Below, one piece after another: positions 1 to 9,048 of a stretch of DNA of 64,000 nucleotides (position 1 is its first letter; each line of letters starts with the position of its first letter). Under the pieces are notes generated by a model that had not been told where the DNA came from, searched no databases, and was given only the letters and a program-made list of their open reading frames with translations. A program made the position numbers and the translations under genes. Source of the DNA: an uncultured Thermoleophilia bacterium (GTDB taxonomy: Bacteria > Actinomycetota > Thermoleophilia > UBA2241); NCBI GenBank assembly GCA_963798285.1, contig CAWCSR010000003.1:784905-848904 (forward strand). Reading direction: 5' to 3'.

Positions 1-3000
1 TGCCAGTCGGTGCCTCCTCCATAGGAGATGAAGATGTCGACCGGGCCGCCGCTTCCCGGCGTCCAGGTGATCGTCTGTGCGGAGCCGATGGCCCAGTGCT
101 CGCCGCCGTTCGGGATCAGCACGGTGGGTGGAACCGTGGTCGAGACCGTGAACGAGGAGACGGCCTGCGCCTGGTTGCCTGCCTTGTCGATCCCTGTGAT
201 CACGACACCGTGCGGGCCATCGGCCAAGGCGTCCAGGTTCTGACCCGTCTGCTTCCCGACCGTCATGCCGTCGACCAGGACGACGACCTGGGCGAGATGC
301 GCATCGCTCGCGGTGAAGTCAAGCTCGGGAGTGGATGTGGTGACCGTCGCGCCGTTGGCCGGTGACGTGAGGAACACCGCCGGCGAGGTCGTGTCGATGC
401 GCACCGTCAGCCGTTGTGCCGGTTCGACGTTGCCTGCGGCATCCACGGACCAGTAGTCGAGGGTGTGAACGCCGTCGCCGATGACCGTGATAGGCATGCT
501 GAACAGCTGAGCCGACCCACTATCCAGGCTGTAGAACGTCGCCGGCACCGTGGGGTCGATGTCGTCCAGCGCCGAGAGGCCGAGCGTGATGCCGGCGTCG
601 TACCAGCCGTCGGCGTTCGGCTGCGCACTCGGCGTCGCCGTCGTCACAGGCGGATCGACGTCCGTGAGCTGAAGGCTGATCGGTTGAGGCTCAGTCACCG
701 TGCCGCTGGTGCCGCCGTTGCCGAGTTGCCCGAAGTCGTTGTAGCCCCAGGTCCACAGGCCTCCATCGGCCCTGACGCCGAGGCAATGGGACTCGCCAGC
801 CGCGATCGCGACCCAATCCGCTGCACCCTCGACTCGTCCAGGCGACTCCGCCGGATTCGATGAATCGACCGGACGCCCCAGCTCTCCGTGCGTGTGATAG
901 CCCCACGTCCAGAGACTGCCGTCGGCCTTCAGGGCCAGCGTGAACCCACTTCCGCCGACGACTGCTGTCCAGGCTGCATCGCCTATGTGGACCGGCGAAC
1001 TTCTGCCGATCGTGGTGCCGTCTCCCAGCTCGCCGGACGTATTGTCGCCCCACGCCCAGAGACTGCCGTCCGCCTTCAGAGCCATGCTGTGATAGGCACC
1101 GGCCGCGACGGAGACCCAATCGCCGTCCGTCCCCACCTGGCCGGGCTCGTCCGCAGGATGTGCGGCGTCGGCATCACGCCCGAGACGGCCGGAGTCGACC
1201 ACGCCCCACGACCAGAGTGTGCCGTCGGAGCTCAGGGCAAGGCTGTGGTACGAGCCCGCCGAGACGGCGACCCAGTCGGTGCGACTACCCACCTGTTGTG
1301 GGGTGCTTTGGTTGTCGGTGCCGCCGAGGCCCAACTGACCGAGGTTGTTCTGGCCCCATGCCCACAGAGTCCCGTCGCTTCTGATGCCGAGACTGTGCCC
1401 CCATCCCACGGCGATGCTCTTCCAGGTGTGACCGGTCACCTGTCCAGGGGCGTCAGCGGGGTGTGCGGCGTCGACGGTGCGGCCGAGCTGGCCGTAGCCG
1501 TTGTAGCCCCACGACCAGAGCGTGCCATCGGGCTGCAGTCCGAGGGTGTAGAGGTAGCCGGCCGCCAGTGCCGTCCAGGTGGACCCCGCGACCGGAGCGG
1601 GTGTCCCATGCCGAGTGTAGTCGTACGTGAACCCGAGTTGGCCGTAGTCGTTGAATCCCCAGGTCCAGAGTTCGCCAGCGTGGTTCACCGCCGCTGTGTG
1701 ATCGGTGCCGCCGGCCATGGGCGGCGCCTGCAGCGTGATCGAGGTCGGGAGAGTCAGTTGCTGCGTGGGATCCGCGTTGCCGTACTGGACCAGGATGTCC
1801 TTCTGGCCGATGCCCGCCGGCAAGGTGACCATGCTGGAGGCCGAATATCGCTGCCAGCCCGTCCACGTCGTGCCGTCGTCGAAGCTCACACGCATCGTGT
1901 CGGCATCGTCGACCTTGGCCGAGTCGAGGGTGACCAGCCTGCTGAAGGTCGTGGCCGAACCGTGGTTGAGGGTCATGTGCCCGGTCGGCGGGCCGGTGAT
2001 GAGGGAACCCTTGGCGGTCGTGGCCGTCACGTTGTTGACACCGTCGTGGACCTCGACCATGACGGCCACGTCTCCCCGGCTCACGTCGGGCAGCGAGAAC
2101 TGCACCAGATACGGATCGGCGCGATCCGGATCCGGAGTGAACGTCTGCGTGAAGTGTTGCGCTTCGTCGTCCCCGATCTGGACGACGTCGATGCGGGAGA
2201 TGCCACTCTCGTCCGCGGCATCCACCGTCGCCGTCCAGTCGTGACGCACGTTGGACAGGGTGACCGTGTTGACCGTCGGCCTGAGGGTGTCGTCGGCGGG
2301 AGCCCCGTCGGGCGCCTGGCTGTAATCGGCCTCTACGAGTTCGACCTCGAGGCTCGTCCAGACCTTCTCCGTGCCCGTGATCCCGTCGTCGCCCGCGTCG
2401 GTGGCGAGCAACTGGGCCGGAGTCACGATGAGCTCCTGCTCCTTGCCCTGAGGTGTGTCGATCGTCGACACGGTGACCGGGGACGACGGCGACAAGCCAT
2501 CGGCGTAGGCGAGGGATTCGCCTTCGTCGGTGGTCCCCCCTGCGGTGACCGAGGTGATCGACGGGTTGAAGTCGGTGATGTCGATGTACGTTCCGTCGGT
2601 CACGATTGCCGCCGTGACCGGCGTATCACCCGCTGGCCCCAGGTTGATCACCATCCGAGGCTGGGTCGGCCTGTCCGGCGTGGACTGCGAGTCCCCGTCC
2701 ACCGTGATGTACCGGGCCGTCCGCGTGTCTGCCGCCGGCTCGATGAGCTTAGCTTCGTAGGTCCTGCTGCCTTCGGTGCCGTCTGCCGAGAGTCCGGACA
2801 CCGTGAGCTTGAAGTCGGTGGTCGGGAACGCGCCGTCGAACGTCGCGGCCGGCGGATCGACCGGCTGCAGCGTCGGCGTGCCCTCGACGTCCACCGTCTG
2901 AACGACGGGCCACTGGACCTCGCCGATCCCGGCCGGCTCGTGCGTCGTGCACGACAGGCGGTACTGCGGCATGCCGTACATGGTGTACTGGATGCTGGAC

Positions 3001-6000
3001 TTCTCGTCGTAGGCCGTCACCGCCGTCAGGTCGTTGAAGTACTGGCGCTTCGCCGTGGTCAAGGCCAGGCCGATCGGCTGGCCCAGGGCGGCGTCGGTGG
3101 ATGTGGTCACCTGGTCGGCGAACCGGCCCATCAACTCCTCGGTACCGGCGATACCGCTCCAGTCACCGAGCCCGTAGCCGGTGCTGGCCACGAGCACGCC
3201 CTTCTGTCGCGCCATGGCCTGCGGCACGTCGAGCGACGGGTCGATGTCGGCCCAGCGGTCGTTCGCCTGATCGTCCGGGACGCTGAGCCCTGCATGGCAG
3301 CCGATCGTGAAGATGAGCTTGCCGGCGAACGCCGGAGACGAGGCGATCTCGGTGCTCGAGAGGAACTGATCGCTCCAGTCGTCGCCGGCCATCATCGTCT
3401 GGTAGCCGGCGCCCGAGATGGTGCCGAAGTGCGTGTAGTGAGAGTTCAGGTTGCCTACATCGCTGTCGGGAAGATCAGTCCGCAGATCGTCGAGACTCCA
3501 CGTGTCCGGCGTCTCCATCTGGGCATCCAAGCCTGCATTGGTGAGGATCTGGTTCACCCGCTGGGCGCCGTCGGTCATGAAGTCCTGGCCGGTGACGACG
3601 GAGCTTCCGCCCGTCAGGACGCCCTTGTCCACATTGAGGAACTTGTCGATGGTGCCGGCGATCTCGGCAGGCGTCTCGACGAGGCGCGCAACGGCGACAT
3701 CCGGGACGTAGAGCCAGCGGCTGCTGTACGGGATGGGGGTTTTGTCTGCGTAGTAGTCATCGGTCAGCACCTGGGACTTGAACAGCCCGCTCTCGAGCAC
3801 GCTGGTGAGGTCGAGGGCAGACTCGTCGGCATAGAGGCGCTCGTTGTCGAACGACGTCCGGTCGATCACCCGGCGCTGGGGGACGACCTCGTCGCTGCCC
3901 ACCAGCACGATGTACTTGATCGAAGGGTGACCGTGGTCGTTCGGATCCGCTGGATCCCCGTAGATGCAGTCGTCGATCTCCGCCCTGATGTCCTCAGCGA
4001 CGCCATTGGCGAGGTCGGTGTCCCACGGCGTGCGGTCCCAAGGGTCATAGATGCTGGAGGGTACCGCGAGGATCACGCCCTTGCCGGTCAGGTCACTGCC
4101 GCAAGCCGCATCGAGAGCAGGCTGGACTGTGTTCGACCAGGAATTCAGGCCGTAGTACGCGTCAATGCGCTGCGGCTGCGTGACGAACAGGGTCTGCGGA
4201 TCCGTCACGGTCGCCGGGTTCAGGATGGCCGGCTGCGTCGTGACGCCGCTCTTGACCTTCTCGGTGCCGCTCTTGCCCTCGTTCAGGAGGGCGGAGTAGT
4301 CGAGCTCAGGGGTCGTCTCCACCTGGAGCGTGTACGGCGCGACGTCCGAGTACGCGCCGTTCGCGCCCTTCACAGCGATGAACGTCTTGCCGTTCACCGT
4401 TTCGACGGTGACAAGGATGACCTCGTTCTGCGTCCCTGACGCGGCCGAGTAATCGCTGATCGTCCGCATCTGCATCTCTTCGTGACTGAATCCCAGCTCC
4501 TCGAACGTGATGTCGCCGCCGGACGTGGTCGTGTCGTCCAATTGGGTGAAGCTCAGATCGGAGAGCGGATAGCCGTCGAGGAGCTTCGTCTGGTCCCCGG
4601 TAAGGCTGGGCCCGAGCTGCGTGTAGAGCGTCGTGGCGTCGGGGTCGCGGTAGAAGGCCTCGAAGTCGCCGCCGCCGCCGGTGGCCAGCCTGCCGCCGCC
4701 GCCGGTGATCAGCCTGCCGCCGCCGCCGGTGGCCAGGCGCCCGCCGCCGAGACTGATCGTCCTGGCAATGGACTGGCCCTCGAGCGGAGTCATGTTGCTC
4801 GTCCACGTGTCGTAGAGGCCCTCGTCGATCGCGCCCCCGCCGCCGGTGATCAGCCTGCCGCCGCCGCCGGTGGCAAGCCTGCCGCCGCCGCCGGTGGCAA
4901 GCCTGCCGCCGCCGCCGGTGATCAGCCTGCCGCCGCCGCCCGTGATCAGCCTGCCGCCGCCGCCGGTGGCCAAGCGCCCGCCGCCGCCGGTGATCAGCCT
5001 GCCGCCGCCGCCGGTGGCAAGCCGAGCGCCGACGAACTGCACGCGGCCCGCATCGACTGTGCCGCCGGTGATGAAGGACGTGCCGGCCAGATCGGTTTTC
5101 GGGATCACGTATTCCGGCTGGTTGCTGTAATCCTGGATGACGGCTGCGTCGTAGTCGGCGGGCAGGTTCCTCAGGGTCACCAGGACCTGTGTCCCGGCGT
5201 CGAGCGGACTGCCGTCGGTCTTCGTGACCTCGTAGATGTCCACGTCTCCCGTGTGTTGGATGTAGGACTGGCGGAGGTCTCCATTGCCTCGGATCTGCGG
5301 TGTGCTCTCCGTGATGCGGTCGTTGCCGTTCTCTCCCTCGTCGGCCGACATGGCGTCGTTGTGGATGGTGATGGTGAAGGGCACCGTTGTCGCGGCGCCG
5401 CCGTTGTCGGCGGTGACGGTGAGACTGCCGTTGAGCTGATCGCCGTCGTCGCCGAACAGAGGCTCCGTGACGCCTTCGACGATGCCCGAATCCAGCGCGG
5501 CAAGATTGTCCTCGGTCACGTACGCTTCGGGCCGCGCGTCGACGCTGTCGCCGACGATGTGCCAGGAGGCGGAATGCGTCTCGGCCCATGCCGAGTCGAT
5601 GAAGCGGCCGACCAACTCGGCCGGTTGACCGTTCAGGACGTCCACGTTCAGGGCATGCACGCGCGGATCGAGTTCGCCGACCTGGATCGGCTGCTCCACG
5701 ACGCACCGGGCGCCGCTCGCGTTGGCCCCGACGTCGTCCGTGACGGTGAGCACGGCGCTGTAACTGCCCTTCGTGTCCGGCACGATGAAGCCGAGCGGGT
5801 CGTTGAAGCTCACCCAGTTCCGGTCCGGATCGACGTAGTCGATCTGCCAGTCCCAGCCCATTTTGCCCCAGTCGCCGTCGGGGCTCCACGCGTCGTCGGC
5901 GTACAGCCCCACGATGTCTCCCGCGTTGGGCGCCGACGGCTTCATCGTGATGGGTGGCGCGGCGACGGTGAAGTCACAAGTCTTCGTCGTGCTGACGCCT

Positions 6001-8267
6001 GCGCTGTCAGTCGCGGTCACGGCCAGCTGGTAATCGCCGTCTGCCAGGGGATCCGGCATCGGCTTTCGTGATGCTGCATTCACCGCGCGGCCAACTCCAA
6101 GATGGCCAGAAATATCGTACTCGGCGAGGGTGACCTCGAGCCCCGTGAGCGGGCTGCCACCCGGCTTCTGCGCCTCGAACTCGAAGACGGGCTCGTTGTA
6201 GACCACCGTCCCCGCATTGACGTTCCGCAGGGACACGATCGGCTTGGCCGAGTCGATCTTCAACGTGATGGTGTTGTCGGCTTCCTTGTTGCCGGCGGCG
6301 TCCACCGACCAGTAGGTCAACGTGCGCTCTCTGGTGGTCCCGTCGTCGATGACCTTGGCACTCTCACTCTGTTGCGGAGCCTGGCCGTCGATCTGATACC
6401 ACGTCTCCATGACCCCGCTGCCACCCATGTCGGTAGCGCTCAAGTCGTACGTCACGTCGGTCGCATACCAGCCATCGCTGTCGACGGACGTGGTCGATGC
6501 CTCCGTGACCGGGTCCTCGGTATCGAGCTTCGCCTGGATCACGGCGGTCTGGCTGTTGCCCGCCTTGTCGGTCGCGGTGAAGGTCACCGTGTAGGCACCG
6601 TCGTCGGTGATCTTGAACGTGTCGGTGATGCCGGAGGCGTACGTCGAGCCATCCTCCTCCTTCGCCACGTAGCTGACCCCGGCCACCTGCGACAGCCCGT
6701 CGCTCGCGCCGGCGCTCACGGTGACGTCTTGGTCGCTCCACTCGCCGCTCGGCGACTTGGTGGGAGCGAGGGTCGGCTTGGTGGTGTCGATGTTGAAGTA
6801 CAGTCTGTTGTGGGCCTCGACGTTGCCGGCCTTGTCCGTCGACCAGTACTCGAGCTGATGGTTCTTGAGGTCACCACGGATAGTCACGTTTGCGCCGGAC
6901 GTCGTCGCGCCACTGTCGAGGCTGTAATAGGTTCCGGCAACACCGGAGCCGCCCGGTTCGTCGGCTGCCGCCAGCGTCACCGTCACGGCGGTGTCGTTCC
7001 AACCGGCTGGGTTCGCCGCGGGGCTCTGGGTGGCCGTGGTCGTTGGCGCGACGACATCGTAGGCGTACGCCGCGACATTGGGCTCGTAGGCGATCGTCGC
7101 ACCGCTTGAAGAGCTGAATGCGCCGCCGCAGAGCACCGTGCCCTTGATGACGGCCGAGCTCGAGATGCTGATCGCGCCGGCCTTGTCGCATAGGAGTCCG
7201 TAGAAAGTCGAGGTGCTGCTGATCGACAGCGCCTTGCTCGCGCCGGTCATCAGGAAGAGCGCCGGCTTGGGATCTGCGCCCACGCCGTCGCCCGCCATCG
7301 TCTGGACACCGCTGATGCTTACGTTGCCGCCCGCGACGAAGAGGCCGACGTTCCACTGGCCGGTGCCTGACAGGGACGTGTCGCCGGCGACGTACGTCGG
7401 CCCCCACTGCAGGGCCGTGCCGGCGGAGATGCTGAGGCTGCCGCCGACATACAGCGAACCGATGCTGAACTTGGCGTTGGAGGCCGAGATCGACATGCTG
7501 CCGGTAACGTAGAGGGACTTGAAGGTGTAAATGCCGGAGCCAGAGATGGAGAGGTTGCCGTTGACCGTCATGGGGGTCGTGACGGTGACGTTCTGGGTCC
7601 CGCTGTACACGACATTCTTCTTGGCCACCGTACTGTCGTAAGGGGCGATCTTGGCAGCGGCCGTCAGCGCGGAGATGCGCGAGTCGGGCAGATACTGCGC
7701 GAATGGGGGAACATTCGCGCCGGTCGCCTGCGACACCGTGCTCACGTTGGCGGTCTTCGCGGTGGTCAGCTTACCCTTGACGTAGAGGGCGGCAGTCGGG
7801 TCGGCGCCGTAGAGCGGGCTGGTGACCTTGGTCGTGCCGGCCACGCTCGCGTTGCCTCCGACCCAGAGCGCCACACCGCGCATCTTCAGCGTCGCGTCGG
7901 AATGCTGCGCCTCGGCGACCCCGTTCTTGTCGACCGAGTAGTACCTGATGGGATACACGCCAGGCATGGTGACCGTCACGGACGATCCCGTCTGCCACGA
8001 CGTGCCGCCGTTCAGCGAGTACATCGTGAAGTCGACGCCCGGGCCGCCGACGTCGGTGGCCGTGAACCTTACCGTGACCGACGCGGTCGTCTGCCACGCT
8101 GCCGGACAGTCGCACGTGGTCGAGGGTGTGGTCACGTACAGCCAGCCGGGCTGGATCCCGAGATCATCCGCCCATGCAGTCTGCGTCGCGGCGCCCGCGA
8201 GGCCACCACCGAGTGCGAGAACGGTCAGGACAATCAGGAACAGATACGGCCGTGTCGACGTGCGCAT
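1..8267 (-). CDS. Giant secreted multidomain surface protein, N-terminal >2,755 codons (3' end lies beyond the window start)
   Basis: Own translation of the minus frame whose codon top coordinate is 2 mod 3. ATG at 8265-8267 is preceded by GGGGGAG. The signal peptide is [33 protein letters not shown]. There is no in-frame stop down to nt 3, which explains its absence from the ORF track. All listed ORFs in 1-8267 are in other frames or on the other strand and have Arg/Gly/Pro-rich shadow composition. Phase was spot-checked at 4443-4499 ([19 protein letters not shown]) and 2742-2759 (YEAKLI). Recurrent motifs: GWY..., YWS(V/T)D(A/K)AGN(V/K)E (OmpL47-type/Ig-like modules), GDVDIYEV (PPC-like) and [13 protein letters not shown] (RCC1). 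Confidence 0.85.
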   Translation of the reverse strand, partial: MRTSTRPYLFLIVLTVLALGGGLAGAATQTAWADDLGIQPGWLYVTTPSTTCDCPAAWQTTASVTVRFTATDVGGPGVDFTMYSLNGGTSWQTGSSVTVTMPGVYPIRYYSVDKNGVAEAQHSDATLKMRGVALWVGGNASVAGTTKVTSPLYGADPTAALYVKGKLTTAKTANVSTVSQATGANVPPFAQYLPDSRISALTAAAKIAPYDSTVAKKNVVYSGTQNVTVTTPMTVNGNLSISGSGIYTFKSLYVTGSMSISASNAKFSIGSLYVGGSLSISAGTALQWGPTYVAGDTSLSGTGQWNVGLFVAGGNVSISGVQTMAGDGVGADPKPALFLMTGASKALSISSTSTFYGLLCDKAGAISISSSAVIKGTVLCGGAFSSSSGATIAYEPNVAAYAYDVVAPTTTATQSPAANPAGWNDTAVTVTLAAADEPGGSGVAGTYYSLDSGATTSGANVTIRGDLKNHQLEYWSTDKAGNVEAHNRLYFNIDTTKPTLAPTKSPSGEWSDQDVTVSAGASDGLSQVAGVSYVAKEEDGSTYASGITDTFKITDDGAYTVTFTATDKAGNSQTAVIQAKLDTEDPVTEASTTSVDSDGWYATDVTYDLSATDMGGSGVMETWYQIDGQAPQQSESAKVIDDGTTRERTLTYWSVDAAGNKEADNTITLKIDSAKPIVSLRNVNAGTVVYNEPVFEFEAQKPGGSPLTGLEVTLAEYDISGHLGVGRAVNAASRKPMPDPLADGDYQLAVTATDSAGVSTTKTCDFTVAAPPITMKPSAPNAGDIVGLYADDAWSPDGDWGKMGWDWQIDYVDPDRNWVSFNDPLGFIVPDTKGSYSAVLTVTDDVGANASGARCVVEQPIQVGELDPRVHALNVDVLNGQPAELVGRFIDSAWAETHSASWHIVGDSVDARPEAYVTEDNLAALDSGIVEGVTEPLFGDDGDQLNGSLTVTADNGGAATTVPFTITIHNDAMSADEGENGNDRITESTPQIRGNGDLRQSYIQHTGDVDIYEVTKTDGSPLDAGTQVLVTLRNLPADYDAAVIQDYSNQPEYVIPKTDLAGTSFITGGTVDAGRVQFVGARLATGGGGRLITGGGGRLATGGGGRLITGGGGRLITGGGGRLATGGGGRLATGGGGRLITGGGGAIDEGLYDTWTSNMTPLEGQSIARTISLGGGRLATGGGGRLITGGGGRLATGGGGDFEAFYRDPDATTLYTQLGPSLTGDQTKLLDGYPLSDLSFTQLDDTTTSGGDITFEELGFSHEEMQMRTISDYSAASGTQNEVILVTVETVNGKTFIAVKGANGAYSDVAPYTLQVETTPELDYSALLNEGKSGTEKVKSGVTTQPAILNPATVTDPQTLFVTQPQRIDAYYGLNSWSNTVQPALDAACGSDLTGKGVILAVPSSIYDPWDRTPWDTDLANGVAEDIRAEIDDCIYGDPADPNDHGHPSIKYIVLVGSDEVVPQRRVIDRTSFDNERLYADESALDLTSVLESGLFKSQVLTDDYYADKTPIPYSSRWLYVPDVAVARLVETPAEIAGTIDKFLNVDKGVLTGGSSVVTGQDFMTDGAQRVNQILTNAGLDAQMETPDTWSLDDLRTDLPDSDVGNLNSHYTHFGTISGAGYQTMMAGDDWSDQFLSSTEIASSPAFAGKLIFTIGCHAGLSVPDDQANDRWADIDPSLDVPQAMARQKGVLVASTGYGLGDWSGIAGTEELMGRFADQVTTSTDAALGQPIGLALTTAKRQYFNDLTAVTAYDEKSSIQYTMYGMPQYRLSCTTHEPAGIGEVQWPVVQTVDVEGTPTLQPVDPPAATFDGAFPTTDFKLTVSGLSADGTEGSRTYEAKLIEPAADTRTARYITVDGDSQSTPDRPTQPRMVINLGPAGDTPVTAAIVTDGTYIDITDFNPSITSVTAGGTTDEGESLAYADGLSPSSPVTVSTIDTPQGKEQELIVTPAQLLATDAGDDGITGTEKVWTSLEVELVEADYSQAPDGAPADDTLRPTVNTVTLSNVRHDWTATVDAADESGISRIDVVQIGDDEAQHFTQTFTPDPDRADPYLVQFSLPDVSRGDVAVMVEVHDGVNNVTATTAKGSLITGPPTGHMTLNHGSATTFSRLVTLDSAKVDDADTMRVSFDDGTTWTGWQRYSASSMVTLPAGIGQKDILVQYGNADPTQQLTLPTSITLQAPPMAGGTDHTAAVNHAGELWTWGFNDYGQLGFTYDYTRHGTPAPVAGSTWTALAAGYLYTLGLQPDGTLWSWGYNGYGQLGRTVDAAHPADAPGQVTGHTWKSIAVGWGHSLGIRSDGTLWAWGQNNLGQLGLGGTDNQSTPQQVGSRTDWVAVSAGSYHSLALSSDGTLWSWGVVDSGRLGRDADAAHPADEPGQVGTDGDWVSVAAGAYHSMALKADGSLWAWGDNTSGELGDGTTIGRSSPVHIGDAAWTAVVGGSGFTLALKADGSLWTWGYHTHGELGRPVDSSNPAESPGRVEGAADWVAIAAGESHCLGVRADGGLWTWGYNDFGQLGNGGTSGTVTEPQPISLQLTDVDPPVTTATPSAQPNADGWYDAGITLGLSALDDIDPTVPATFYSLDSGSAQLFSMPITVIGDGVHTLDYWSVDAAGNVEPAQRLTVRIDTTSPAVFLTSPANGATVTTSTPELDFTASDAHLAQVVVLVDGMTVGKQTGQNLDALADGPHGVVITGIDKAGNQAQAVSSFTVSTTVPPTVLIPNGGEHWAIGSAQTITWTPGSGGPVDIFISYGGGTDW
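700..1725 (-). repeat. Seven RCC1-type beta-propeller blade repeats (protein level, ~50-aa period) inside the giant ORF
   Basis: Translation gives seven blades: [98 protein letters not shown]. Each is followed by an H(S/C)L(G/A)(L/I/V) strand. Confidence 0.8.
4666..4750 (-). repeat. Tandem 21-bp repeat array A (3 units) encoding GGG(G)RL(A/I)T heptads
   Basis: The reverse complement reads [31 protein letters not shown]. The units are near-identical at nucleotide level (ggcggcggcggcaggctg[atc/gcc]acc). Confidence 0.9.
4833..5026 (-). repeat. Tandem 21-bp repeat array B (8 units) encoding GGGGRL(A/I)T heptads
   Basis: The reverse complement reads [69 protein letters not shown]. The listed plus-strand ORF 4846..5130 (PPPPV(A/I)SL repeats) is its antisense shadow. 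Confidence 0.9.
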
Positions 8268-8678
8268 GACTCCCCCAATCAAGCGGCTGGCCCTTTGTGA
8301 CTCTGGGCGGTGAACGACGCGAAGCGCCTCAGGGCGAGGCGCGATGAACCAAGAATCGCGATAGACTCCAACGACCTGATTGTGATGACCTTCACATGCC
8401 CCCATCCGGGATGCAGGCTAGTCGCACGATGTGTGTCGCCGAGCCCGGAGTTCCGTGGGACCCGCGGTCGGCCGCGATCTGAGTCCCACCCACTGGCCAC
8501 TAGGCTATAAGTGGGTTCGGGGCGACCGCCTCACCCGGTTTGGGTGAGATTGGGGCGAGAACTGTCGCCAGCGAAGGCGACGGCAGACGCAGCCTGAGGC
8601 GACGCGGCCCGGCCGCCGCCAAGCCCGCCGGCCCCCAGGCGCGCGGACGGCGGCCGACGCAAGGCCTGCGAGGTGTGG

Positions 8679-9008
8679 TCAGTCAGCCCTGCGAGCGTCT
8701 TCTCGGACCGCGTGCCGGCCGACTGCGGGGCCGACCGCGGTCCACCGCACCTGCGCGGAGGCGGTCGGAGCCTTCGCGAGCCACGCGGCGACGCGGTCCG
8801 AGTCGCGCCGGATGCTCATGACCGGCAGCGCCTCGTACTCGAAAACGCCGGCGGTGAGTCTCTGTGTCAGAGCGCCCACGGCGACGCATCCCGGCGGCGC
8901 CGACGCAAGCACGCGCGCCGCCATGCTGATCTCCCAGCCCTCGAGAGGACCGCACCCCAGCCTGGGGCGATGCCGAAGCGCGGGAAGCGGCCCGGCCTGT
9001 GGACTCAT
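8679..9008 (-). CDS. Hypothetical small protein between the LuxR-family gene and the giant ORF (start uncertain; internal ATG gives MAARVLAS...)
   Basis: It is the only ORF in 8268-9048 with non-shadow composition and high third-position GC. I recognise no motif. Confidence 0.3.
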   Translation of the reverse strand: MSPQAGPLPALRHRPRLGCGPLEGWEISMAARVLASAPPGCVAVGALTQRLTAGVFEYEALPVMSIRRDSDRVAAWLAKAPTASAQVRWTAVGPAVGRHAVREDARRAD

Positions 9009-9048
9009 GAGGAGGCCGCGCCTTGGGCGAGCCGATGTGCGCCCCGCG

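Noticed and set aside
4666-5026. The possibility that the regularly spaced 21-bp repeats are a CRISPR-like array.
   Set aside because: The units are directly abutting with no spacers. They are in frame within a coding sequence and much shorter than CRISPR repeats, and there are no cas genes in the window.
4846-5130. A proline-rich repeat protein (PPPPV(A/I)SL x8) on the plus strand.
   Set aside because: It is the exact antisense reading of the GGGGRL(A/I)T repeat array in the giant gene and has no independent start or RBS context.
888-6071. Very long listed ORFs in the first 8 kb: plus-strand 888..4439 (1183 aa) and 4482..6071 (529 aa), and minus-strand 4306..5889 (527 aa).
   Set aside because: Their composition is dominated by Arg/Gly/Ala/Val/Asp/His with no motifs. 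They lie antisense to, or out of frame with, the continuous minus-strand frame that yields recognisable domains. Long shadow ORFs like these are expected in about 70% GC DNA.
8521-8550. A small hairpin (ctcaccc ggttt gggtgag) and a TTATAG -10-like element upstream of the giant gene, considered as terminator and promoter calls.
   Set aside because: The stem is only 7 bp and there is no convincing -35 element. This is too weak to annotate without transcript data.
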